Source of the DNA: Nitrospirota bacterium
GTDB lineage: Bacteria; Nitrospirota; UBA9217
NCBI GenBank assembly: GCA_963749655.1
Contig: CAVVOB010000016.1
Span: 96,001 to 160,000 of the forward strand
Length of the DNA: 64,000 bases
Direction of reading: 5' to 3'
Below the pieces are notes generated by a model. That model saw only the letters and a program-made list of their open reading frames with translations. It searched no databases and was not told where the DNA came from. The first letter of the stretch is position 1. Each line of letters opens with the position of its first letter. Below, piece after piece: positions 10,911 through 20,501 of the stretch. Made by a program: the position numbers and the translations under genes.

Positions 10911-11414
10911 TCACCAGGTGTTGTAGGCCGTGCCGTCGAGGGCCACGAGGGGACTTGCGCTGTGTACGTCGAATATCCCGCTTTCCTCGCCCTGCGGTGC
11001 GACCGTGATCCAGTCCTTTGCATTGGTGATCGGGTCCTTCGGGATCTCGCGCAGGTAGCTTCTCGAACGGTCCTGGGCGCTGATGAGGTCTTCCAGAACG
11101 TTGGGATACTTGCTGTTGTCGGCATAGTACTGGTCGATTGCATCGCGCAGCTGATACAGATCTTCCATGAGCACAGTCTCACGCGCCCGGACCAGGGACT
11201 GTTTGAAGCTCGGCTGCGCAATCGTGATCAGGATGCCCATGATCGCCAGCACGATCATGAGCTCTATAAGCGTGAAGCCCTTCGTATTCGGAATGCCCCG
11301 ATCGAGTCGGGACAGGCTCCCTGCGGAATGCGGAATGGCAGTGCCGCAATCCGTCCTCTGGTGCACGCCGGCAGCGCATCGCCCCTGTCGTTCATTTGTC
11401 ATGAGAAAGTTCAC
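10911..11414 (-). CDS. gspG: Type II secretion pseudopilin, GspG/OxpG-like
   Basis: Prepilin motif KG|FTLIELMIVLAIMGIL; RETVLMEDLYQLRDAIDQYYAD..KYP..LEDL; YLREIPKDP; DVHSAS...DGTAYNTW. Unusually long leader; start uncertain. Confidence 0.85.
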   Translation of the reverse strand: MNFLMTNERQGRCAAGVHQRTDCGTAIPHSAGSLSRLDRGIPNTKGFTLIELMIVLAIMGILITIAQPSFKQSLVRARETVLMEDLYQLRDAIDQYYADNSKYPNVLEDLISAQDRSRSYLREIPKDPITNAKDWITVAPQGEESGIFDVHSASPLVALDGTAYNTW

Positions 11415-11418
11415 TCAT

Positions 11419-11925
11419 TCACCACGTCTTGTACTGCGTCCCGTCCAGCGCGACCTTTCGCTCTTGGAATAGACGTCAAACACATTGTCGCCGCCCCACT
11501 CGGTTGAATCCGGCTCATCGCCGTAGGAACGCAGCCCCCAGTTGTTCGGCTTGTCCTGTCCTGCTCCGGCGCCATCATGGGGTCGCGCGGTATCCTGCGC
11601 AGATATTTCTTCGTTTTGTCCACTGCCGCCTGCCAGTCTTCAGCGGTTCGATCAGCTGTTCAAGCGACTCGGGATAGTTAGTCCCGCTCGGTCTTGCAGT
11701 AATCCGTAGCGATCGTTTCTTCTCCGTACGCAGTCCTTCTTGAACGCATCGATGGCATTGCGCAGGATCCTGAGGTCGCTCCGCAGTTCCATCTCCCGGA
11801 CCCGCTTCACGGTCATGCGCGAAAGCGGCATTGCCGCGGCCAGGATCCCAGGATCGCGATCACGACCAGCAGCTCTATGAGGGTAAGCTGCCTTCCGTTC
11901 CCATCCAGCGTTCCGCTTTGCCCAT
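11419..11925 (-). CDS. gspG: Second GspG-like pseudopilin (several frameshifts)
   Basis: Pieces across frames: TLIELLVVIAIL, AMPLSRMTVKRVREMELRSDLRILRNAIDAFKKD, KKYLRRIPRDPM, WGLRSYGDEPDS.EWGGDNVFDVYSKS, DGTQYKTW-stop. Start approximate. Confidence 0.8.
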
Positions 11926-11949
11926 GCGCTCACCCGTCCGGGAAAGGCA

Positions 11950-14349
11950 CCCGCGTTCTTGACGGTGATACTTCGCTCCCTCGTGAGCCCCTCGTATCGG
12001 CCTTGATCGGCTCCCGGTTGAAATTCGTCAGCTTGACGCTCTCGATGGCTTATTTCGCCGCACCTCCTGATTTGCTCTGGAATACGAGCGTGCCCAGGCT
12101 TCCGACGCCGTTCACGCCGCCCACATCGCCGATGCGCGTCATGTAGACGTCCACCGTCCCCGCCTTGATGTTGTTCGAGAACAGGAAGGAGGTCTGCTGG
12201 CCGTCCTTTTTCAGCAGCGCCCCTTCGCTCGCGGTCTTGAATTCCGTGATCTTTGGGATCATAGCCGAGCGTGATGATGGCGCCGTAGAGGTTCTTGACG
12301 GCGCTCACGGCGAAAGCTCAAACGCGGGTCCTGCCCCACGCCTGACGTGCGACTTCAGCCGGCTTCATTTCTCACCGGTCACGCCGTCTGCGGCCGGAGG
12401 GGTCGGCTGTTGCGCCGCGAGCGGTTGCGAGCCTGCGCGGCTTCACCGGCTTGTGCCGCAGCCCGCGGCTCCCGCTTTGCCAGGGATTCAAGGACCGCGG
12501 TCTTGTCAACGGCCTTTTCCGACGGGCTTGGAGCTCTTCCCCGACGTGGTGACGAAGAGCGGCTTCGTATCGTAGGCTTCCTCGGTCCCTGACCAGAAAT
12601 TCTGCGTGTCCTTGTCCGGGATCTCCATGGTCCGGACGATATTCGGCGTGATGGACATGAGGATGTCGGTCTTGATCGTGCCGTCGTCCGTCGGAGGAGA
12701 AGAGCTTGCCCAGGATCGGGATGTCGCCGAGCATCGGGATCTTGATCCGGCTCTTGCGCTCCTCGTCCTTGATCAGCCCGCCGATGATCACGGTTTCGCC
12801 GTCCCGAAGGTTGATGACGTGTCCGTGTTCCGCGTGCCGAACTTGTACTGTTTCTGGCCGTTGCCGAAATCAAGCGCATCTCCGAGCGTGCTGATCTCGA
12901 GGCCCATCTTGAGCGTCACCGTGTTGTTGAGATGGATCGTCGGATCGATGTTCAGCTTGATGCCGACATCCTTGTACTCGAAGTTCGAGGTCGACCGCGA
13001 CGGCGATCGTGGACTGGACGATCGAGGTCTGTATCGGGATCTTGTCGCCGATATGGAACTTGGCCGGCTTGTTGTTCAGCACCCGCACCCGGGGATTGGC
13101 CAGGGTCTGGGCGTCGGAGTCCTGCTTGATCAGGTTCACCACCACGCTCGGCAGCGTCAGGAACACGTTCTTGCTGGAGAGGTTCCCCAGGTCGCTCAGG
13201 GCGATGCCGGAGGTCGAGGTATTGACTGCACCGGTGGAGTCGGTGGTCTGGACCGTGGCCGTCGTTGAAAACCCGGCAGAGCCGCTTTGGAAATTCCAGC
13301 CGTACTTCAGCGCGTTGCTGCGCGAGATTTCGAGGATCTCGACATCGAGGATGACCTCCGCCTTCCTTGAGGTCGTTCGCCGCGATCATCTTCTCGACGA
13401 GCTTGATCTTTTCGGGCGTATCGCGGATGGTGATGGAGTTCAGGATCTCGTTTACGTACACCTTCTTGACGTCGAGCATGGACCGGAGCAGGTTGACGAT
13501 CTCCTTGGACTTCGCGTTGTTGAGGTAGAAGGTCTTCACCATCAGGTCCTGGTACTGGTCCGTCTTGGACTTGTTCTTGGGGATGATGATGATCGTGTCG
13601 GCGCTGATCTTTTTCATGAAGAGCTTGTTCGTCGACAGCAGGAGGTTCAGCGCGTACTGGAACGACACGTCCTTGACAAAGACGGTGACGGGCTGGGCCT
13701 TGACCTCCTCGTCGAACAGAATATTGATGCCCGACGAGCTTGGCGAGAAATTCGAAGACGTCCTTGATGTTCGTGTTCTTGAAGTTCAGCGTAATGGGCT
13801 TGTCCGACGCAAGGGTCAGCGCGTCTTCGGGCTCCGTCTCGGTCTTCTGTTTCTGCAGTTTGTCGAGGGCATCGTGGTACTTGACGTTCTCCGGGTCAAG
13901 GTCGACGGCCTGGTTCAGCTCGTTGATCGCCTCGCTGAGCCTTGCCCAGCTCCGAGAACGTAAGCGACGCCCGGTAGTGCTCCTCGGCCTGTTTCATGTC
14001 GAGCGACCGATTTGAGCGCGCTCTGGATCGCCGCGTTGGACGGATTCAGGAACAGGGCCTGCTGCAGCTCGACGATGGCCTGGTCGAGTTTGCGTTCCTT
14101 CATGAAGGAGCGGGCCCTCTTGATAATGCTGGTTCGCCGCCGTTTCCTCTGCGCGGATCAGCGCCGACCGGTATTCAATGTCGTGGGGATCGCCTGCTTG
14201 TTGGCCTCACGGTACTCCTTGACCGCAAGGTCCCATTCGCCGCGCTGGGCATAGCGCTCGCCGCGCTGGAATGCGCGGGAACCGGTACAGCTCATGAGCG
14301 CCGCGGCCAGCACGATCACCAGGGCCTGCAGCATGACTCTCTTCATCAT
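11950..14349 (-). CDS. gspD: Secretin (GspD/PulD-like) with lipoprotein signal, TPR N-terminus and C-terminal cohesin-like domain (heavily frameshifted; 3' end approximate)
   Basis: Lipobox AALMSC; TPR-like EWDLAVKEYREA and LDQAIVELQQALFLNPSN; ITLNFKNTNIKDVFE, INILFDEEV, VKTFYLNNA; secretin core TLANPRVRVLNNKPAKFHIGDKIPI, GETVIIGGLIKDEER...KIPMLGDIPILGKLFS; tail NLYGAIITLGYDPK...SEGALLKKDG...GVNGVGSLGTLVFQSK. Confidence 0.85.
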
Positions 14350-14413
14350 CAGCCTCCTCGCCTTTTCTGTGTCCGTCCGGAGATCGCGGCCGCAGGCCGC
14401 CGTCCCGTCTTCC

Positions 14414-15040
14414 CTACCGTCGGCCGGGCGTCGGCCGGAGCGGCTGCTGCTGGGCGCCTTCACTCCCCGAGAGTTCGATGCGCACTTCTACGCGCGTCAC
14501 CGTATCGAGCAGGACAACGGAGTCCCTGCCGGCTTCCTTCACCTGGTAATTGCCGAGCAGCCGGTCTCCGCTCTTCACAATGAAAAGCTCGCCGTCCTTG
14601 GACAGAAAGAGCGTATTGTCCTTATCAGTCAGATATCCCAGAAAACGAAACTTCGCCAGGTCGGCGCGCGCCAGGTCCGCGGCGATCTGTTCAGGAGTCT
14701 TTTCGGGGATCGTCGAAGTCGGCGCCGTGAAAAGGGGCTTCGAGATCACCGCCTTTTTCGGTTTCGGGGGCGCCGGGTTTTCCATCCTGAAGATGTCGCG
14801 CGACACGCCGGGGAAGCGTTCCTCCCGCTTTGCAATGAAGACATTCAGGGGGTCCGCGCGGGTGCCGGCCGCAGCCAGTCCTTCGCGCACCGCGGAGCGG
14901 GCAACGGAGCCGGGCGGATAGGCGAGCGGCGCTGTGCGCGGTTTTTCATCGGTCATGATGCGGTAGACGATGAGGATCGCGAGGACCGCCAGCAGCACGA
15001 TCAGCGCCGTTTTTTCCCGGTTCCGGGTCAGGTCTGCCAT
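14414..15040 (-). CDS. Membrane-anchored T2SS/T4P accessory protein (PilP/GspC-position)
   Basis: N-terminal TM, RDIF, FRFLGYL...LFLSKDGELFIVKSGDRL; lies between pilO and the secretin. Confidence 0.65.
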   Translation of the reverse strand: MADLTRNREKTALIVLLAVLAILIVYRIMTDEKPRTAPLAYPPGSVARSAVREGLAAAGTRADPLNVFIAKREERFPGVSRDIFRMENPAPPKPKKAVISKPLFTAPTSTIPEKTPEQIAADLARADLAKFRFLGYLTDKDNTLFLSKDGELFIVKSGDRLLGNYQVKEAGRDSVVLLDTVTRVEVRIELSGSEGAQQQPLRPTPGRR

Positions 15041-15045
15041 CTCCC

Positions 15046-15591
15046 TCACAGCCCCTTGACGTAGGTCACGAGTTTCATCTCGAGCTTCACCGATCCCTTA
15101 TCGCCGTCCATTTTAAGGTTCTGAATTCCGACGAGCCGGTCCGAGGTCTCCACTTCGAACACGAACCGTTTGATGTCGGGATACCGTCCCTCGGCGGGAA
15201 AGGAAAACGACAGCAGCGCGAGTTCTTCGCCCGCCCGTTTGGGTATGTCGTACTTGACCGATGACACGCCAAGACGCAGCCCCTTCGCGGTCTGGACGAG
15301 GTCCTTGACCAGGAGCGGCATGTCCTTTTGAGCAGGGATCCCGGCTACGATTCCGGCAAAATCCGCCTTCTGCTTCGCGAAAAGGACCGCTTCGGTGTGC
15401 CGTTTCCGAAGATCGCGGTACTGCGACTCGGTCGAAGCCAGCTGCGCAGCCGACGGAGCGACCGCCAGGGCGTACAGCAGCAGGTCCGCGATGAAAAGCG
15501 CGCTGAAGACCAGCACTGCCGTCCGGAGCCGCTTACTTTGTCCCTTGAGCCACGCCGGTGCGTTTATGCCCGCGATAGACGGCAACCACAT
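15046..15591 (-). CDS. pilO: PilO/GspM-like protein
   Basis: TM helix, coiled coil, then EGRYPDIKRFVFEVETSDRLVGIQNLKM (PilO ferredoxin-like fold). Start uncertain. Confidence 0.75.
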   Translation of the reverse strand: MWLPSIAGINAPAWLKGQSKRLRTAVLVFSALFIADLLLYALAVAPSAAQLASTESQYRDLRKRHTEAVLFAKQKADFAGIVAGIPAQKDMPLLVKDLVQTAKGLRLGVSSVKYDIPKRAGEELALLSFSFPAEGRYPDIKRFVFEVETSDRLVGIQNLKMDGDKGSVKLEMKLVTYVKGL

Positions 15592-16078
15592 TGAACGATA
15601 TGATCCCTTTCTCGATCGATTGATGTTTGAGGAGCGGGTCCTGGAAGGCATCGGATTTTTCGAGGCCCACAACAAGGTTGCGCAGCGCCTCGGGCGACTG
15701 CGCCTTGCCGTCCAGCGTCAAGGAGCGGCCGGTCGGGTTGAAATCCACCTTGGTCAGGGCCACGCCGACCGGGACCACGCCTTCGATGCTCGTCAGCAGC
15801 CCGGTCCAGGAAAATTTTCGCGCCTCCAGCAGCCCCGTCATGGAGTCCAGGTCCTTTACCAGCTTTTCCCGCTCCCCCATCAGGGTTTTTGCCCCTGTGT
15901 CGGACGCCCCTGCATCGCGCACCTTCTGCTGCGCCGCCGACAGCTCCGCGCGCAGGGAAGCGGTCTTCCAGACCATGCCGCCTGCGATGAGGAAGAGAAG
16001 GAGGACCCCTCCGGCAAGCGCCTGCAGCGTCCTCTCCATTGCCCGATAATTCCTGCTCGCAAAATTGACCGGAATCAC
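15533..16078 (-). CDS. pilN: PilN domain protein
   Basis: IPVNFASR, TM, FSWTGLLTSIEGVVPVGVALTKV, LTLDGKAQS...LEKSDAF. Confidence 0.85.
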   Translation of the reverse strand: MIPVNFASRNYRAMERTLQALAGGVLLLFLIAGGMVWKTASLRAELSAAQQKVRDAGASDTGAKTLMGEREKLVKDLDSMTGLLEARKFSWTGLLTSIEGVVPVGVALTKVDFNPTGRSLTLDGKAQSPEALRNLVVGLEKSDAFQDPLLKHQSIEKGIISFNVVAVYRGHKRTGVAQGTK

Positions 16079-17007
16079 AGCACCCTCCCCGCTCCCAGCG
16101 CGGCTGCCAGGGACAGCGCCCCTTCCGGCCGAGAAACACCGGAGATCATGTCAGAGGGGGAAAGGACCTCCACGCCCAATGAAGTAACGGCGCTCAGCCC
16201 ATCGACCAGATCGCGGGGCAGATCCGATTCCCCGCTCAGGTAGAGGTGTTTCAGCTCCGAGGTCTGCGTACGGTCCATATGGGAATAAAAATGGAGCGAG
16301 TCTTCGATCTCGCGTTCGAATCTGGCTTTGATGTCGTCCGTGCTGCCGCGCTTCACTTCCTTGAAGCGGTAGAAACGGGTGCCCCCCCGCTCCTTGACGA
16401 TCAGCGCGAAGGAATCCTCGGTCAGGTGGACCAGGGCGAGCACCGAAGTCTTTTTCGACAGGAACGGCAGGTAGAAGCTCAGGATATGAAAGGAAGACGG
16501 CCCCACGCGCCAAGGCTCGAGGCCAGCGTCCATGAGCGCCTGCTCGTACTGCTCGATAACCGCTTTCTTCGCCACACAGGCAAGGACGGTGAATCCGTTT
16601 TCCCCGCGCTTCAGGACCTGAAAGCGGAGCGTCGTGTTGGACAGGTCGTAGGCCGCTGCTTTGTCGAGACGCCAGCGGATGAGCCGGTCCCGCTCCGAAG
16701 GCCTCGTCGGCAGCTCGTCAAAATCGAGCGTCTGGACGCGAAAAACGCTGTCGGGAAGGCTCAGGGCCGCTCTCCGGAACGTCCGGCCGGCCCGGGACAG
16801 GGATTCCCGAAGCACAGCCATCAGACCGTTCACATCGAGGATATTGGGCGAACCGAAGCTCGTGGACACCATGCCGGCTGCCAGCGACGCAGTTACGGAG
16901 AAGGGGACTGAAACATCCCCGCCAGCCGCAGACAAGCCGGCAAGGCGCATCTCTGAACCGGTTATTTCAATTCCCAGGGAAGGTTTTCTCTCAAGAATCC
17001 GCAGCAT
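16075..17007 (-). CDS. pilM: PilM-like actin-fold assembly protein
   Basis: SLGIEITGSEMRLA, AALSLPDSVFRV...LP, LIRWRL, VIEQYEQALMDAGLEP, ALAAALGA-type C-terminus; first gene of the cluster. Confidence 0.8.
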   Translation of the reverse strand: MLRILERKPSLGIEITGSEMRLAGLSAAGGDVSVPFSVTASLAAGMVSTSFGSPNILDVNGLMAVLRESLSRAGRTFRRAALSLPDSVFRVQTLDFDELPTRPSERDRLIRWRLDKAAAYDLSNTTLRFQVLKRGENGFTVLACVAKKAVIEQYEQALMDAGLEPWRVGPSSFHILSFYLPFLSKKTSVLALVHLTEDSFALIVKERGGTRFYRFKEVKRGSTDDIKARFEREIEDSLHFYSHMDRTQTSELKHLYLSGESDLPRDLVDGLSAVTSLGVEVLSPSDMISGVSRPEGALSLAAALGAGRVL

Positions 17008-17014
17008 TCCGCGT

Positions 17015-17043
17015 ATATTAACAAGGTGTGAGGGGGATGTCAA
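17015..17043 (-). promoter_or_regulatory. Putative sigma70 promoter (TTGACA-N17-TAATAT) of the pilM cluster
   Basis: Perfect -35 at 17043-17038; -10 at 17020-17015; 7 nt before ATG 17007. Confidence 0.65.
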
Positions 17044-17144
17044 TTACTAATGCAAATACGATCAGGGGCCGACTGCCGCGAGGCATGGAACAGGGCTTTT
17101 CTTCCGCGGAAAAAGAGCTGCGAAAGGCTCGGCACAGAGGTCTG

Positions 17145-18554
17145 TCACAGCAGACCCGATGCTTCGCCCTGCTTCGGGATGGCGATGTTGCCAAAACCGA
17201 TTTTCGACAGGCCGTCGGCAAGGGAACCGGCGCTTTCCTCCTCGCCATGGATGACGAAGGTATTGCGCGGTTTGCGCTCCATGGCACCCGCCCAGGCAAG
17301 AAGCCCGTCGCGGTCCGCATGACCGCTCATGCCGGTCATGACCTCGACGCGGGCCTTCAGTGCGTGCACTTCTCCGAATATCTTCACTTCCTTCTGGCGG
17401 TCCACGATGCGCCTGCCCAGGGTGTTCACCGCCTGCCAGCCCGTGATCAGGATGGTGTGGCGCGGGTCCGAGATGCGGTGCCGGAGATGATGGAGGATTC
17501 TGCCCGCTTCAAGCATGCCGCTGGCGCTGATGATGATCTTGGGCTCCTTGTCGGCATTCAGCTTTTTCGATTCCTCGACTGCATGGACATAGCGCACCAT
17601 GCCGAACCCGAAGGGATTCTGGTCGTCGTCGGTTTCGAGGAATTTCCTGATCTCGCCGTCGAAGCATTCCTGGTGCAGCCGGTAGATGTCGGTCACGCTT
17701 GTGGCAAGAGGGCTGTCGATATAGATGGGGATGGCCGGGATTGCGCCGCGGTTGTGCAGCTTGTGGAGTTCATACACGATCTGCTGGGTCCTGCCCACGG
17801 CAAACGCGGGAACGAGCAGCGTGCCGCCGCGGCGCATCGTCTCGTTCACGACCTCCGCCAGTTTCACTGCGGAATCCTCGACCGGCGGATGGAGGCGGTT
17901 ACCGTAGGTGGATTCCATGAGCAGCACGTCGGCTCCCTCGGTCACAGGCAGAGGGTCGCGGATGATCGGCACTCCCGGCCGTCCGATGTCGCCGCTGAAT
18001 ACAAGGCGAACCTCGTGGGTCGTCGTCTTCTCCCGGACCTCGAGAATGACATGGCTGCTCCCGAGGAGGTGGCCCGCATCGCGGAAGGTGAGAAATACAC
18101 CGGGCAGGACCTCCTTTCGTCGGTTGTACGCGAGACCGGTGAACAGTTCCATTGCGGCCAGGGCGTCATCTTTGGTATAGAGGGGCTCGAACAGGTTCTT
18201 TCCCTCGCTGCTTCGCCGCTTGTTCACGAACGCAACGTCATGTTCCTGGATCCCGGCTGAATCGAGCAGCATGATGGAGCAAAGGTCCCGCGTCGCCGGT
18301 GTCGCGTAGATGTCGTTTTTGAACCCGTTCTTCACGAGGCAGGGGATGCCGCCCGAGTGATCGATGTGGGCATGGGAGAGAACCAGAGCATCGATGCGCG
18401 CGCCGTTGCCGATGCTGCGTCGGTTGATCTCGAAAGCCTCCTTGCGCTTCCCCTGGAAGAGGCCGCAATCGAGCAGGATCCTGTATCCGTTCACCTCGAC
18501 AAGATGCTGGCTGCCGGTGACGGTGCCGGCGCCGCCAAGAAACGTGATCTTCAT
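17145..18554 (-). CDS. MBL-fold beta-CASP ribonuclease (YSH1 family)
   Basis: MKITFLGGAGTVTGS, LLDCGLFQG, LSHAHIDHSG, AGHLLGS, FSGDIG, MESTYG, PAFAVGRTQ, SGHAD, HGE. Confidence 0.93.
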   Translation of the reverse strand: MKITFLGGAGTVTGSQHLVEVNGYRILLDCGLFQGKRKEAFEINRRSIGNGARIDALVLSHAHIDHSGGIPCLVKNGFKNDIYATPATRDLCSIMLLDSAGIQEHDVAFVNKRRSSEGKNLFEPLYTKDDALAAMELFTGLAYNRRKEVLPGVFLTFRDAGHLLGSSHVILEVREKTTTHEVRLVFSGDIGRPGVPIIRDPLPVTEGADVLLMESTYGNRLHPPVEDSAVKLAEVVNETMRRGGTLLVPAFAVGRTQQIVYELHKLHNRGAIPAIPIYIDSPLATSVTDIYRLHQECFDGEIRKFLETDDDQNPFGFGMVRYVHAVEESKKLNADKEPKIIISASGMLEAGRILHHLRHRISDPRHTILITGWQAVNTLGRRIVDRQKEVKIFGEVHALKARVEVMTGMSGHADRDGLLAWAGAMERKPRNTFVIHGEEESAGSLADGLSKIGFGNIAIPKQGEASGLL

Positions 18555-18645
18555 GGATTTCCTCCGTGGTAAGCAAAGGGGATTGGATAAGACTATCGTT
18601 TGCGACAGTGGAAAACAGGCGGGGCTGTCTGATCTGCCGCAGTTT

Positions 18646-19218
18646 TTAAAACGGCCGTGACGGCGGAGAACCCCTTGGTTCATCCCGCCTTCGAAACAAC
18701 GCATCTGCACCCCATTTCAGGAGACCGAAGGCGAATGCCGCCAATGCTAAAAAGGCCCCTATTGATCCGCCGAAGACAAGCCACAGACGCGTCCTGGACA
18801 AGGCGAACACGATGACAAAGGCGGCGCCGATCATGGTCATCAGGCCTGCCAGCCGGTCGAACCCGGGAACTTCTCCGAAATTCACCTGCCGGCGCATGAG
18901 CAGGAGGGTCACGACCATGGATATAATTGGAAGAAAATATATGAGGAAATTCACATCAAGGAGGTTTTCGCGGGTAAAGAAAAGCATGTATCCTGTCAGG
19001 ACAGCGGCAAACATGCCTGGCACGCAGACGAGATATACCAGTAGGGCGTACAAGTACTTCCACGGCGCTGATCCTCCCCTGCCCCTCCCGTGCATCAGAC
19101 CGGTAGCGAGGACGGCCGCCGGAATGCAGAGAAGCACGACGGCTGCAGCCGCAGAATAGTTCGATGCGAGTTCAACGAGTTCCCGGATGGTGGAGGGGGA
19201 AGACCAAGCGTCGGACAT
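18646..19218 (-). CDS. Hypothetical multi-pass membrane protein
   Basis: About 5 hydrophobic segments; PWKYLYALLVYLVCVPGMF, VPGFDRLAGL; promoter-like TTGTCT-N17-TATGAT just upstream. Confidence 0.75.
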   Translation of the reverse strand: MSDAWSSPSTIRELVELASNYSAAAAVVLLCIPAAVLATGLMHGRGRGGSAPWKYLYALLVYLVCVPGMFAAVLTGYMLFFTRENLLDVNFLIYFLPIISMVVTLLLMRRQVNFGEVPGFDRLAGLMTMIGAAFVIVFALSRTRLWLVFGGSIGAFLALAAFAFGLLKWGADALFRRRDEPRGSPPSRPF

Positions 19219-19306
19219 GGCCCATCATAGCATAGACCGCAAATAAAGACAATTGGAACACAGGGTTTCTGTCTGGTCGTTCCTGACCGGGCGCCATCCT
19301 GCGGCA

Positions 19307-19750
19307 TCAGAGCAGCACGCCGAGGCCAAGAAGCGCTTCGACCAGATAGAGGCAGAGGATGAGGATCCCAATGATGAAATGCGGCGTCCGAAAGGGCGAG
19401 TTCTGCCCCTTGATCCGCCGCGAGATGAAAAAGGTCGCAAGCAGCAGTACCACGATCGCGAGGCCCGTGAAGAGATGGGCGGGATACTCCATGAGCCGGC
19501 CGGTATGGACGAGGACGAGCGTAAGGCCGATGAAGAAACCCGCAACGCCGAGAACCACGATGATCGGCCCCAGTTTGCGGTGCTTTTTTATGAGCGGGAA
19601 AGGGAGCGGTTTGCCGGCCAGGCGCTGTCGCCTGATCCTGATCCCCAGCCAGGCATGATACAAAACCAGCGCGATCACGCTTGAATTATATGCCCCGTGC
19701 ACCAGCCGGAGGTTCGCGAGCACATGGGGATCTATCAGAGGATAATGCAT
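19307..19750 (-). CDS. DUF4079-like 4-TM protein with spaced His residues (possible cytochrome b)
   Basis: LVHGAYN, KKHRKLG, PAHLFTG, TPHFIIG at helix starts; ends LGLGVLL. Confidence 0.7.
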   Translation of the reverse strand: MHYPLIDPHVLANLRLVHGAYNSSVIALVLYHAWLGIRIRRQRLAGKPLPFPLIKKHRKLGPIIVVLGVAGFFIGLTLVLVHTGRLMEYPAHLFTGLAIVVLLLATFFISRRIKGQNSPFRTPHFIIGILILCLYLVEALLGLGVLL

Positions 19751-19828
19751 GGGAATGTCCGTCCGGTTGAGGTCTGTATCGCGTGCCGGGCCGTCGGCAG
19801 CTTCTGTATCGGGTCTACGGCCGCGTGA

Positions 19829-20308
19829 TCACGGCACCACCTCGATGAAACCGTCCATGCCCCGGTCCTTGTGGCTCTTGAACCACAGGAGCTTCTTGTC
19901 GCAGAACATCTCGTATTTTCCGGCGCGCGTCGGCGTGAAGGTGAACGTTTTCCAGTCGTCGCTCAGGCCGGCCTTGATGTTCATACCCGCCTCAGGCGCA
20001 TTGATCACGAAATCGTGGGGCACGATACCGGAGGTCTTCTTGACCTTCAATTCGACGGGCGTGTTCAGCCTTATGACGATGTAGTTGGGATCGAAATAGT
20101 ATTCTCCGGCCGTGATCTCGACATGCTGCACGTTGTCCTGGCCGGCCACGGCGACATACCGTTTTTCACCCCCTGCGCCCGCGCCTCCCTGCACGATCGA
20201 CGCACCGACAGGCGCGGTTGTCTCCGTCTTGATCTCCTGGCCGTAGACGCTCGTCCCGGCTGCAAGGAGCAGGATCAGGATAAAAGGCAAATATTTTCCG
20301 TATTTCAT
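19829..20308 (-). CDS. Exported cupredoxin-domain protein
   Basis: Signal peptide; YYFDPNYIV, VPHDF, GKYEMFCDKKLLWFKSHKDRGMDGFIEV (H...C-x9-H-x4-M type-1 Cu ligands). Confidence 0.85.
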   Translation of the reverse strand: MKYGKYLPFILILLLAAGTSVYGQEIKTETTAPVGASIVQGGAGAGGEKRYVAVAGQDNVQHVEITAGEYYFDPNYIVIRLNTPVELKVKKTSGIVPHDFVINAPEAGMNIKAGLSDDWKTFTFTPTRAGKYEMFCDKKLLWFKSHKDRGMDGFIEVVP

Positions 20309-20443
20309 AATTCCTCCCCGGGCTGCTGCGATATTCTTTTGCCCTGTTCTCATTATAGCGCCTGTGCAGGGGGCCATGGTCCGCTCTCTTCTGCGCTGCA
20401 CCCGAATGCTTCGCAAAGACAGGGTATCCGATCAAAAGGCTTT

Positions 20444-20472
20444 TTGACAAACGAAGCGGAATCAGTGATAAT
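20444..20472 (+). promoter_or_regulatory. Putative sigma70 promoter (TTGACA-N17-GATAAT) of phoBR
   Basis: -35 at 20444-20449, -10 at 20467-20472, RBS caggag before ATG 20502. Confidence 0.6.
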
Positions 20473-20501
20473 ATCCGGGACGAGGCCGAAGCAGGAGATC
20501 C

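Noticed and set aside
318-11507. Long plus-strand ORFs (318..1664, 6685..7929, 8577..10085, 10395..11507)
   Set aside because: They are antisense to well-conserved genes and typical of high-GC codon bias, with no recognisable motifs.
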